Origin: Myxococcales bacterium
GTDB lineage: Bacteria > Myxococcota_A > UBA9160 > SMWR01
Length of the DNA: 60,824 bases
Assembly (NCBI GenBank): GCA_013215605.1
Contig: JABSQW010000034.1
Span: 1-60,824, forward strand
Direction: 5' to 3'
Positions 1 to 8,049 of the stretch are shown here, in pieces; position 1 is the stretch's first letter, and the number at the start of each line of letters is the position of its first letter. The notes below the pieces were generated by a model that saw only the letters and a program-made list of their open reading frames with translations, was not told the DNA's origin and ran no database searches. The position numbers were made by a program, and so were the translations under genes.

Positions 1-2
1 CA

Positions 3-239
3 GATCTCATCGAAATTATCTGTACTGACCCTGTTATTGGCACTTATCGTGATCCTATTGGCTTGCCCCCCAAACCCTTAAGGCCGATTACTGTCCCTGA
101 GAAAAGGGACTTGGAACCCGGCACACCCGAACGATTTCGAAGCCGATTGCGGGAGCTACTTTCCCAACGCCCTCCCTCGAGAAGAACTCGGCCAGCTCGC
201 TCGCGGCTTGCCAATATCCCTGACATCTTTGGCGACTAA
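3..239 (+). CDS. 3' end of an unidentified gene (5' part outside the window)
   Basis: Frame 3 is open from the window edge for 78 codons (DLIEIICTDPVIGTYRDPIGLPPKPL...ANIPDIFGD) up to TAA at 237-239. It is absent from the ORF track because it has no start codon. The region is visibly AT-richer than the rest of the window. No family recognised. Confidence 0.3.
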   Translation, partial: DLIEIICTDPVIGTYRDPIGLPPKPLRPITVPEKRDLEPGTPERFRSRLRELLSQRPPSRRTRPARSRLANIPDIFGD

Positions 240-581
240 CAAAGTAGGACTCTGGTAATCGCAACCCCACTCTCGCCCCCCACTCCCCTCCGACATCTCA
301 GCTAGCCCACCCATACGGGCCCAGACTGAAATATCCAGGCGAACCTCCCCGTCCCGCTCTCGCGGCTCGTTTCGTCCTGACTTCTCACCGAAGGGAATGC
401 CGTGCGGGGCACACTCGCAGAGCCGCCCGCGCACGCTGTATTCATCCGGGCGAATGCTTCCCATCGAGGTGCGTCCAGACGTGATGCCAGGTGCGTTGGA
501 CGCCTCCTTTCCGGCTGACGATGCGCCCGAATCTTGCGGTTCGCGTTCGCAGACGCTCCCGATGTTTTCCGGCGCCCGAGA

Positions 582-601
582 GGGAGCGGCTAGCCGCTCC
601 C
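582..601. repeat. perfect 20-nt palindrome GGGAGCGGCTAGCCGCTCCC
   Basis: Read directly; self-complementary over all 20 nt. Lies about 90-105 nt upstream of the DUF457 gene start candidates (690 or 708). Could be an operator or an RNA hairpin. Confidence 0.5.
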
Positions 602-689
602 GAGCGGTAGGATTCCGCCATGCCGCTGGACGCCTCCGAAGCGCTCCTGGACGACCGCCCTCAGGGCCGGTCCCAGCGTCGGGCGCGCG

Positions 690-1739
690 TTGCCGGGGAG
701 GCACCGCTTGGACCCCGTTAGCCAGGGAGTAGTCGGTGCAGCCGTGGCGCAGGCGTTCGCCAGGCCCCGCCAAGTCGCAGTGGCGGGCCTTCTCGGGGCC
801 TTGGCCGGGATGGCGCCCGACCTCGACGTGCTGATTCGTTCGTCCGTCGACCCGCTGCTATTCCTCGAGTTCCACCGCCAGTTCACCCACTCGCTCGTGT
901 TTATCCCGATTGGCGCCGCGCTGGGCGCCGCGGTGCTATTCCCGCTCATGCGGCGGCGGTGCCTCGCACGGGAGGCCTATCTCTATTGCCTTCTCGGTTT
1001 CGCCACCCACGGGCTGCTCGATGCGTGCACCTCGTACGGCACGCAGCTCTACTGGCCCTTCTCGAACGACCGGGTAGCGTGGAGCAACATCTCGATCGTG
1101 GACCCCCTGTTCACGCTTCCGGTGCTCGTCCTGGTTCTTCTCGCAGCGCGCCGCGGACGCGTGGCGCTCGCCCGCGCGGCGTGCGTGTGGGTGGCGCTTT
1201 ACCTCGTGGTCGGGCTCGTGCAACGCGACCGCGCCGAGGCCGCGGGGCTTGCCATCGCCCGGTTGCGCGACCACGCCCCCGTTTCGGTCGAAGCCAAGCC
1301 CGCCTTCGCGAGCCTGCTCTTGTGGAAGACGATCTACGAGCACGCGGATCGTTATTACGTCGACGCGGTCCGCGTGGGCGGGGCGACCGTCCACTTTCCC
1401 GGCCAGAGCGCAGCCAAGCTCGTGATCGCACGAGACCTGCCTTGGCTCGACCCGGGCACGCAACAAGCGCGTGACCTCGAGCGGTTTCGCTGGTTTTCCC
1501 AGGATCACCTCGCGCTCGACCCACGCGACCCCTTTGAGGTCATCGACATTCGCTATTCGATGCTGCCCGATCGCATCGACCCGCTCTGGGGCATCCGCCT
1601 CGAACCGGCTGCGCCCCACGACGCCTTCGCCCGGTTCGTCACCCAGCGCCGACTGGGCCGCGGCGACCCCGAGCGCATGGTCGAGATGATGTTCGCCACC
1701 GACCCCCCGGAAGGGCGGCCCATCCACACCGGAGAATGA
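690..1739 (+). CDS. membrane-bound metal-dependent hydrolase, YdjM/YbcI (DUF457) family
   Basis: N-terminus LDPVSQGVVGAAVAQAF...APDLDVLI...HRQFTHSL followed by several hydrophobic helices, typical of DUF457. An in-frame TTG at 708 is an alternative start. Confidence 0.65.
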   Translation: MPGRHRLDPVSQGVVGAAVAQAFARPRQVAVAGLLGALAGMAPDLDVLIRSSVDPLLFLEFHRQFTHSLVFIPIGAALGAAVLFPLMRRRCLAREAYLYCLLGFATHGLLDACTSYGTQLYWPFSNDRVAWSNISIVDPLFTLPVLVLVLLAARRGRVALARAACVWVALYLVVGLVQRDRAEAAGLAIARLRDHAPVSVEAKPAFASLLLWKTIYEHADRYYVDAVRVGGATVHFPGQSAAKLVIARDLPWLDPGTQQARDLERFRWFSQDHLALDPRDPFEVIDIRYSMLPDRIDPLWGIRLEPAAPHDAFARFVTQRRLGRGDPERMVEMMFATDPPEGRPIHTGE

Positions 1740-1804
1740 ACCCGAAAGTCGAGGTCGCCGAGGACCAAAGAGAGTCTTAGTATCGGATTCGAGGAGGGCA
1801 GTGA

Positions 1805-3466
1805 GTGGGTCGTTGGATCGTGCGAGGAGGCGCCGTTCTCGCGGTCCTGCTCGTCGTTGCGTGGATATTCCGCGTCGAGCTCTTCCTGGGGGTTGTCGGG
1901 ATGAGTGTGGGTCTCGGCAGAACGATCGGCCCCCACCAGGAGATCGAGTGGCAGCGCGGGCCGGAAGCAGCGACGGCGCCGCCTTCGGAGCGACCTCCCA
2001 ACATCGTGCTGATCCTGGCGGACGACATGGGCTGGAACGACGTGTCGATAAGCGGCGGTGGAGCCGGCGGCGGTACGGTACAGACGCCGAACATCGACTC
2101 CATCGCGCGGAGCGGCGTGAATCTGACATGGGGGTATTCGGGGAACGGCTCCTGTGCGCCTTCGCGCGCTGCGATCTTGTCGGGTCGCTACGGCACGCGA
2201 TTCGGATTCGAGTTCACGCCCACCCCCGCGGCCATGGCCCCGGCCCTGCAGTTCATCATGGACGCGGACTCGAATCGGAAACGAAAGCCGGTACCGTCGA
2301 ACACGAAGGCCGAGCGGCTTCCCATGGACGAAATGGGCATGCCCTCGAGCGAGATCACGCTGGCCGAAACCCTCAAGGCCGCCGGCTATCACACCGCGCA
2401 CATCGGCAAATGGCACGTGGGCCGGACCCACGGGATGGGGCCCAACGCTCAGGGGTTCGACGAGACCCTGATGAGGGAAGGCCCGCTCTTCCTGCCCGTG
2501 GACCACCCCCGCGTCGTCAACTCGAGGCAGGAGTTCGATGCCATCGACCGCTTCCTCTGGACGGTGTCCAGCTACTCGGCGTCGTACAACGACGGTCCGC
2601 TCTTCGAGCCCCCCGGCTACCTGACGGACTACTACACCGACGAAGCCATCAAGGTGATCGAGGCCAACCGCCACCGGCCCTTCTTTCTCTACCTGGCCCA
2701 CTGGGCGATCCACACCCCCCTGCAGGCGCGTCGCGACGACTACGACGCGTTCCCGCAGATCGAGAGCCACACCGAGCGCACCTATGCTGGCATGATCCGC
2801 TCCCTCGATCGCTCGGTGGGCCGGGTGCTGGATGCGCTGCGCGAGCAGGGTCTGGAAGAGAACACGCTGGTCATCTTCACGTCGGACAACGGCGGCGCCG
2901 GCTATCTGGGCTTGCCCCGTGTGAACGAACCCTTCCGCGGCTGGAAGCTCACGTTCTTCGAGGGGGGCGTGCACGTGCCCTTCATGATGCGCTGGCCCGC
3001 GAAGATCCCGGCAGGCCAGACCTACCATCAGCCCGTTCATCACTTCGACATCTACGCGACGGCCGCGGCGGCGGCCGGAGCTGCGCTGCCGGCGGACCGG
3101 AAGATGGACGGCGTCGATCTCGTGCCGTTCGTCCAGGGCAAGACCGAGGGCGTGCCGCACGAGACGCTCTTCTGGACGCAGGACCACTACCGGGTCGTCT
3201 TGCATCGCGGCTGGAAGCTGACGAAGAACGGACCGGCCGACGAGTTCGTCTGGCTCTTCGACCTGAACGAGGACCCGACCGAGCAGCACAACCTCGCGGA
3301 GAGTCGTCCGGAGAAGGTGCGAGAGCTGAACGAGTTGCTGCGAGCCCACCTCGATGAGCAGGTGCCACCGCTCTGGCCCACGGTCGCCGCCATGCCCGTC
3401 GCGATCGACAAACACTTGAACGAGCCCGAAGAGCCCGGCGACGAGTTCGTCCTCTACCCCAACTAG
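1805..3466 (+). CDS. formylglycine-dependent sulfatase (arylsulfatase family)
   Basis: PNIVLILADDMGWNDVS and the C-x-P-x-R motif (SCAPSRAAILSGRYG), plus GKWH. N-terminal hydrophobic segment; GTG start. Confidence 0.9.
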   Translation: MGRWIVRGGAVLAVLLVVAWIFRVELFLGVVGMSVGLGRTIGPHQEIEWQRGPEAATAPPSERPPNIVLILADDMGWNDVSISGGGAGGGTVQTPNIDSIARSGVNLTWGYSGNGSCAPSRAAILSGRYGTRFGFEFTPTPAAMAPALQFIMDADSNRKRKPVPSNTKAERLPMDEMGMPSSEITLAETLKAAGYHTAHIGKWHVGRTHGMGPNAQGFDETLMREGPLFLPVDHPRVVNSRQEFDAIDRFLWTVSSYSASYNDGPLFEPPGYLTDYYTDEAIKVIEANRHRPFFLYLAHWAIHTPLQARRDDYDAFPQIESHTERTYAGMIRSLDRSVGRVLDALREQGLEENTLVIFTSDNGGAGYLGLPRVNEPFRGWKLTFFEGGVHVPFMMRWPAKIPAGQTYHQPVHHFDIYATAAAAAGAALPADRKMDGVDLVPFVQGKTEGVPHETLFWTQDHYRVVLHRGWKLTKNGPADEFVWLFDLNEDPTEQHNLAESRPEKVRELNELLRAHLDEQVPPLWPTVAAMPVAIDKHLNEPEEPGDEFVLYPN

Positions 3467-3489
3467 CAGAGCCAGTCGGAGGGAAGGCA

Positions 3490-3924
3490 ATGGAAGTGAA
3501 GAACTGCGTTGGACCGAACGCCGAGCAGATCTCGGGCTTCATGGAGCCGGGACCGAGCGGACCGATCTACATGGTGAATCTGCTCAAGTTCAAGCAGCGC
3601 GCGGAGTACGCGGACGGACGCGAGACCGACCTGACCGGGGCCGAGGCCTACCAGGTCTACATCGACGCGGTGACGAAGCTCCTCGTAGAGTTCGGCGGCG
3701 CGGGGATGTTCGTTGCTCCCGTCGAGCGGTTGGCGCTCGGTGAGGTGGAGGAGCTGTGGGACGTGGTCGCGATCGCGATGTATCCCTCTCGCGGTGCCAT
3801 GCGCGACATGGCGAGTTCCGGGACGATGCAGGAGATCGGCGTGCATCGAACCGCGGGCCTGGCCGGGCAGCTCAACATCGAAACCGCCCATGCGACGGGC
3901 GTATGGCTCGGCACGGATCGCTAG
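3490..3924 (+). CDS. DUF1330 domain protein
   Basis: 144 aa with PIYMVNLLKFKQRAEY...AYQVYIDAV...ALGEVEELWDVVAIAMYPSRGAMRDM, resembling DUF1330 dimeric alpha/beta-barrel proteins. ATG lies 8 nt after GGAGGGAAGG. Confidence 0.7.
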   Translation: MEVKNCVGPNAEQISGFMEPGPSGPIYMVNLLKFKQRAEYADGRETDLTGAEAYQVYIDAVTKLLVEFGGAGMFVAPVERLALGEVEELWDVVAIAMYPSRGAMRDMASSGTMQEIGVHRTAGLAGQLNIETAHATGVWLGTDR

Positions 3925-4203
3925 TCGTAGACGCTGCCCCGGACTGACGGAGCCTGTCGAGACGCGAACCGAATCGCTCTTCTCGTAGGACTGTTGCTCC
4001 TGGACCTGGCCCTCCGTCTTCCAGTTTCTGCCCGGACGCACGAGCCGACGCCGATTGCCTTCGCTGACGATGAATCGGGTGCCATCTTCCCGCGTTTCGA
4101 CTCGCGGCAAGCGTTTCCTGTACTCGGGCTCGATGCTCTCTGCGAGGTACTTCGGCGGCTCGCACGCGTATTTCCAATGCTACTTCATCCAATCACAGCG
4201 AAA
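3925..4203 (-). pseudogene. decayed N-terminal fragment of a PF04909-type amidohydrolase
   Basis: The minus frame reads FRCDWMK*HWKYACEPPKYLAESIEPEYRKRLPRVETREDGTRFIVSEG. This matches the D-x-H...EPPxLW...YRDRAPR N-termini of the intact paralogs at 8050 and 10984. It has an in-frame TAG (4180-4182) and runs into the DUF1330 stop with no catalytic core. Confidence 0.3.
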
Positions 4204-4321
4204 GGCGTTTGGGTGTCGTGCTCCCCATGGACGCAGGGGCGGTTGCAACGACTCCGCCGGCGACGCTGGCCATGCTCCAACACCTGCGCTGACCCTCTCA
4301 TCACCCTGGATGACTTCGACA

Positions 4322-7264
4322 TCACCGCAGGGCCCAGGCCGCCGATGCCACGAGCAGCCCGGCCAGGAAGAGCACACCCAAGGAACCCATGAGGGGGATC
4401 GAGGCCGCCGTGAGGCCGGGGTCGCCAACGTCGCCCACGCTAGTACCCGCAGCCAACTCGGCGCCGTAGACGAAGACGTAACCTCCCTCGGCCACCCCAA
4501 AGAGCCCCTGGGCCCCCATGCACGCATCCGCCATCACAGCGTTCGCCAACCCTTTGGCAACCTGTTCGGCCGTTTCGCCGGGCGTGGTTGCAAAGACCAC
4601 CGTGCACTCCGCCTGGGGTCCGATCGTCGTGACACTCACATCCCCCCCCTCGGCCGTGCCCGCGAGCGAGACAGCGCCCGCCGGAACGGTGCAGGACACG
4701 CACGAATCCACACAGATCTCGTCGGAACCACAACCGCTGGGGTTGGCGGTGGGATCGCAGAAATCGCTGGCGTCGAGCACGGCATCGCCGCAGCTGGCCA
4801 TGAGGGGCCCGGGATCGTCAGCGTCGTTCATGCCGTCGCCGTCGGAGTCCGGATTGGCGGGGTCTAGGTGTCGCGTTTCCTCGATGCCGTCCGCGATGCC
4901 ATCGCCGTCCGTGTCGGGTTCGAGCGGATCCAACTGCAACTCGTTCTCCGTCCCGTCGTCGAGGCCGTCTCCGTCTGTGTCCGGGTCGAAGGGATCGGTG
5001 CCCTGTGCAATTTCGACGGTGTCATCGAGACCATCCCCGTCGCTGTCGTCGGCAGACCACTGCGTGGGGTCGAAGGGAAACTCGTCGTAGTCGTCTGGGG
5101 CACCGTCGTTGTCGTCGTCGTGGTCGCAGACGTCGCCGAACAGATCCTGGTCCCAATCCTGCTGATTCGAGTTTGCGTCGTCGGGGCAGTTGTCTCCCGA
5201 GTTGTCCGCGCCGTCTCCGTCGTCGTCATCGCCGCCGCCGCCGCCGTTGCCGACCTTGCACACCACGGTCTCCACCTTGTCGGCCTTACCATCGCTGTTG
5301 GTATCGGCCAGGTCGATGCAGTGGTCCTCGATCTCACCACCGTTGTCCGGGCTGTTCACCAGCGGCACGAGGCCCTCGTCTCCGTCTTCGCTGTTGAGGT
5401 ACGCGGCGGCGCCTGCACCGCCGCTCACTGCACTGGTCCCGTGTACGAGTCGGCAGCGCATCCAGGTCGTACCCGGCAGCGTGTCGTCGGGTATGCTGAA
5501 AGTTTCATGGAAGCTGTGGCTGTTGGGCGTAGCGTCGCTGGGCCAGTTTGTTGGTGAGGTGATCACGACGCGGACCAACTCGTTCGCGTCGATGGTGGGT
5601 TCGGTCCAGTTGCCATCCTGGTTCCAGTCGACCCATACGGCAACGAAGAGAAATGGGGCGTAATCCGCGGCCGAGGCGTAGCGGCTCGAGTGGCGAGACT
5701 GCACGTTGAGATGGATCGCCACTTCACCCGTGCCGGATTCTGCGCTGATCGTACAGCCGTTGTCGGCGAGATCGTTGTCATTGGCGAGCGCATCGGGCTC
5801 GCGGGTGGTGGAGGAAGTGACGCCGGCGGTTCCGTCGAGCCACTCGTGGGCGAGCGTGGGGGCTCTCGCCCCGTTGCTTTGGAGCAGCACCGGATAGCTG
5901 ACCGGTGCATCGCCGAAATCCGGAGTGGGGATGGAGTACATGTCGACGGCACCGTGTTGGGAGATGCCGTCGATGGCGGAGAACCAGGGCCCGGGCGTTC
6001 CGTAGACGTGGATGGGGACGAGACTCCCTGCATCAGGCGGCCCCATGACGCCGGGAGGTCGATCAGCGGTCGCGGACATCAGGTTCAGGCGGGACGCCAG
6101 GCTGCCGGAGTGCCCCAGTCCCACCACGTGTCCGACCTCATGGAGGAAGAAGGTGTAGTAATCGAATTGGTTCGCCGCCGATTGCCCATCGACCGCATAC
6201 TCCCAGGTTTCGATCGGTTGGGTGTCCAAGAGGTCGGGGTACGAGTTCATGATCACGCTCACACCCGGGCCGCCGCGCTCGGTGAAACTGTTAACCCCCC
6301 GGAGACCAATCGAGGGCGAGATAAGGAAGGGAACCCACAGGACCTGGATCTCGATTTCGCTGTTGCCGGATGACGCGGGCTTCCTCTCGAATTCCAACCC
6401 CGTGGTCAGGATGCGGCTGCCCAGGCCCGATGGCGGAGTCATGGAACTCCACGCTTCGAAAGCCAGGTCGGACACGTCCTGCGCGGCGTTGGGTGGTGCA
6501 AAGAGGCCCTGAGCGGGACAGCCTTCATTGACGAAGGTATCGCCGTCGTCATCCAGGTCGTTGTCACATTCTGCACCGGATTCTCCTGTGTATATCGGGT
6601 CCAGCAAGCAGCCATCGTTGACGAAGCCGTCCAAGTCGTCGTCGATGTTGTCGAAGCATTTCGAACCTATTTCCGGCCCCGCAAACCAAGCTGTGCCATA
6701 TCGATAGCGAAGGGTGACTGGAGCGCCCGGTCGGAAGCCGTAGCCGTTCTCGTCGACGAAGCTGTGTCCGGGTCTGAAAACAGAAGGTTCCAAACCAAAA
6801 CCAGGGGCGAATTCGAATCGCGGCGAATGGTTGTCCCAGGTCCACATCGCCAGGTTCCCATTTAGAGCGTCGGCCAGGGTCTTCCCTCCCCAGCGCCATC
6901 GCCAGAACGGGGTGTCTACCGCGAAGGCGTCGCCATCGCGATGCTGGTGGGTGGTCGTGTCGGGGTCATTTCCCGCTGCGACCGGTAAGAGCGGAGCCGG
7001 AACAAAGGTCACGGTTCCGAGCGGCCGATCGCCGCCGCGCCAGCCGTCCGTCGAGAGGCCAGCAGTATGTTCGTGGGGAATCCAGGAACCGTCGGGTGCG
7101 ATGACGGCTCCGAATGCCCCCTCGCAACAGTTCGGGATCGCGGCAGCCGGGTGAGCGGACTGGAAGAGCACCACCAGGGCTGCGACGACCGCGAACCCCG
7201 CAGTTCGGGCCTGGGACTGGATGCCCGAAGAGGATGCGGGATGTTCACCGAGGAAGAAGGCCAT
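4322..7264 (-). CDS. secreted multidomain metzincin-like Zn protease with Cys/Asp-rich motifs, GEVED domain, thrombospondin type-3 repeats and a C-terminal TM sorting tail
   Basis: - Signal peptide from M25 of the ORF (MAFFLGEHP...GFAVVAALVVLFQSAHPAAA).
- HEVGHVVGLGH zinc motif at 6110-6142.
- Two CxDNxDDDxDxFVN[DE]GC motifs.
- DFGDAP...GGEIEDH (GEVED-like).
- Repeated DxDxDGxxDxxE (TSP3) units at about 4816-5266.
- Tail IPLMGSLGVLFLAGLLVASAAWALR.
- The ORF also allows an upstream ATG at 7336. Confidence 0.85.
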   Translation of the reverse strand: MAFFLGEHPASSSGIQSQARTAGFAVVAALVVLFQSAHPAAAIPNCCEGAFGAVIAPDGSWIPHEHTAGLSTDGWRGGDRPLGTVTFVPAPLLPVAAGNDPDTTTHQHRDGDAFAVDTPFWRWRWGGKTLADALNGNLAMWTWDNHSPRFEFAPGFGLEPSVFRPGHSFVDENGYGFRPGAPVTLRYRYGTAWFAGPEIGSKCFDNIDDDLDGFVNDGCLLDPIYTGESGAECDNDLDDDGDTFVNEGCPAQGLFAPPNAAQDVSDLAFEAWSSMTPPSGLGSRILTTGLEFERKPASSGNSEIEIQVLWVPFLISPSIGLRGVNSFTERGGPGVSVIMNSYPDLLDTQPIETWEYAVDGQSAANQFDYYTFFLHEVGHVVGLGHSGSLASRLNLMSATADRPPGVMGPPDAGSLVPIHVYGTPGPWFSAIDGISQHGAVDMYSIPTPDFGDAPVSYPVLLQSNGARAPTLAHEWLDGTAGVTSSTTREPDALANDNDLADNGCTISAESGTGEVAIHLNVQSRHSSRYASAADYAPFLFVAVWVDWNQDGNWTEPTIDANELVRVVITSPTNWPSDATPNSHSFHETFSIPDDTLPGTTWMRCRLVHGTSAVSGGAGAAAYLNSEDGDEGLVPLVNSPDNGGEIEDHCIDLADTNSDGKADKVETVVCKVGNGGGGGDDDDGDGADNSGDNCPDDANSNQQDWDQDLFGDVCDHDDDNDGAPDDYDEFPFDPTQWSADDSDGDGLDDTVEIAQGTDPFDPDTDGDGLDDGTENELQLDPLEPDTDGDGIADGIEETRHLDPANPDSDGDGMNDADDPGPLMASCGDAVLDASDFCDPTANPSGCGSDEICVDSCVSCTVPAGAVSLAGTAEGGDVSVTTIGPQAECTVVFATTPGETAEQVAKGLANAVMADACMGAQGLFGVAEGGYVFVYGAELAAGTSVGDVGDPGLTAASIPLMGSLGVLFLAGLLVASAAWALR

Positions 7265-7432
7265 CTGGAGACCTCCATCCAAACGGGGATTCAGCTCGAA
7301 CGAGGATTCAGCTGCGCCGCCAACTCTGCCTGCCACAGCCGGACCCCGGCATCGACATCACAATGGTAACGCAGTCCGTCGAAAGCACTCCCGCCGTAGA
7401 AGCTGCAGTCACGTGTTAGACCGCACGCCCGG

Positions 7433-7885
7433 TCAATGGTCCGTCCCTACGATCTCGCCCGTCTCGATGTCGACGAAGACATCCCATTCCAATCCGCTTT
7501 CCTTCGCAGCGACCTCCACGGCGCAGATATTGCGCCTGCCAAATCTCTCGATCTTCACGGACGTAGCCTCGCCTGGAATCTTGGTCAGAGCGATTTCCGT
7601 CGCCTGCAATCCGTCGACCTTGGCAACCGGTGGGGTGATCCGCTTCAGAGGATTTCTATGGTGTATGCCGAAGCTCGACATGTCCGTATGAGGCAATGCG
7701 TCAGACGCGACCAGCAGGCCATCCGAGGTGTCGCTGACGAGTCCCACTCCTTTACACGACACCTTGTCACTTACAAGGGCCGGGTTGGTGAGACTGAACT
7801 CACGTATCCTCGCACAATTGTCGAATGTGCCCGCTGGAGTGGACGCCTCGAGATATTCCTGAAACTTTCTGATCGAGTGGGCCAT
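7433..7885 (-). CDS. PepSY-domain protein
   Basis: C-terminal half LQATEIALTKIPGEATSVKIERFGRRNICAVEVAAKESGLEWDVFVDIETGEIVGTD fits the PepSY pattern. Start taken at MAHSIRKF; the ORF extends to 7948. Visibly AT-richer than its neighbours. No signal peptide seen. Confidence 0.55.
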   Translation of the reverse strand: MAHSIRKFQEYLEASTPAGTFDNCARIREFSLTNPALVSDKVSCKGVGLVSDTSDGLLVASDALPHTDMSSFGIHHRNPLKRITPPVAKVDGLQATEIALTKIPGEATSVKIERFGRRNICAVEVAAKESGLEWDVFVDIETGEIVGTDH

Positions 7886-8049
7886 TTTGTCACGAGCCGA
7901 CGGACGGCGGAACGTCGGGTACCTCGTTCCGACGCGTCCAGCGCGCACCTGCGCCCAGGCGGTAGAATCGGGACGACGGGCGCCGAGGTGGCGACCGTCA
8001 CACCGGCGCGAATTCGGACACAGCGTCTCAACTCCAGGGGGAGCGAGCC

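Noticed and set aside
1553-3490. Very long ORFs antisense to, or out of frame with, annotated genes. Examples: 1553-3490(-), 12192-14258(-), 12257-14329(+), 35568-37496(+), 37217-40792(+), 49061-51487(-), 56521-58617(+).
   Set aside because: Their products are Arg/Ala/Pro/Gly-rich low-complexity strings with no motifs. They overlap genes that have clear family signatures. They are typical stop-codon-poor shadow frames of high-GC DNA.
4816-5266. Repetitive GAC/GAT-rich DNA that looks like a tandem repeat or a variable-number repeat.
   Set aside because: It is the coding sequence of the thrombospondin type-3-like DxDxDGxxDxxE repeats of the large secreted protein. The units are degenerate at the DNA level and are not a non-coding repeat or a CRISPR array.
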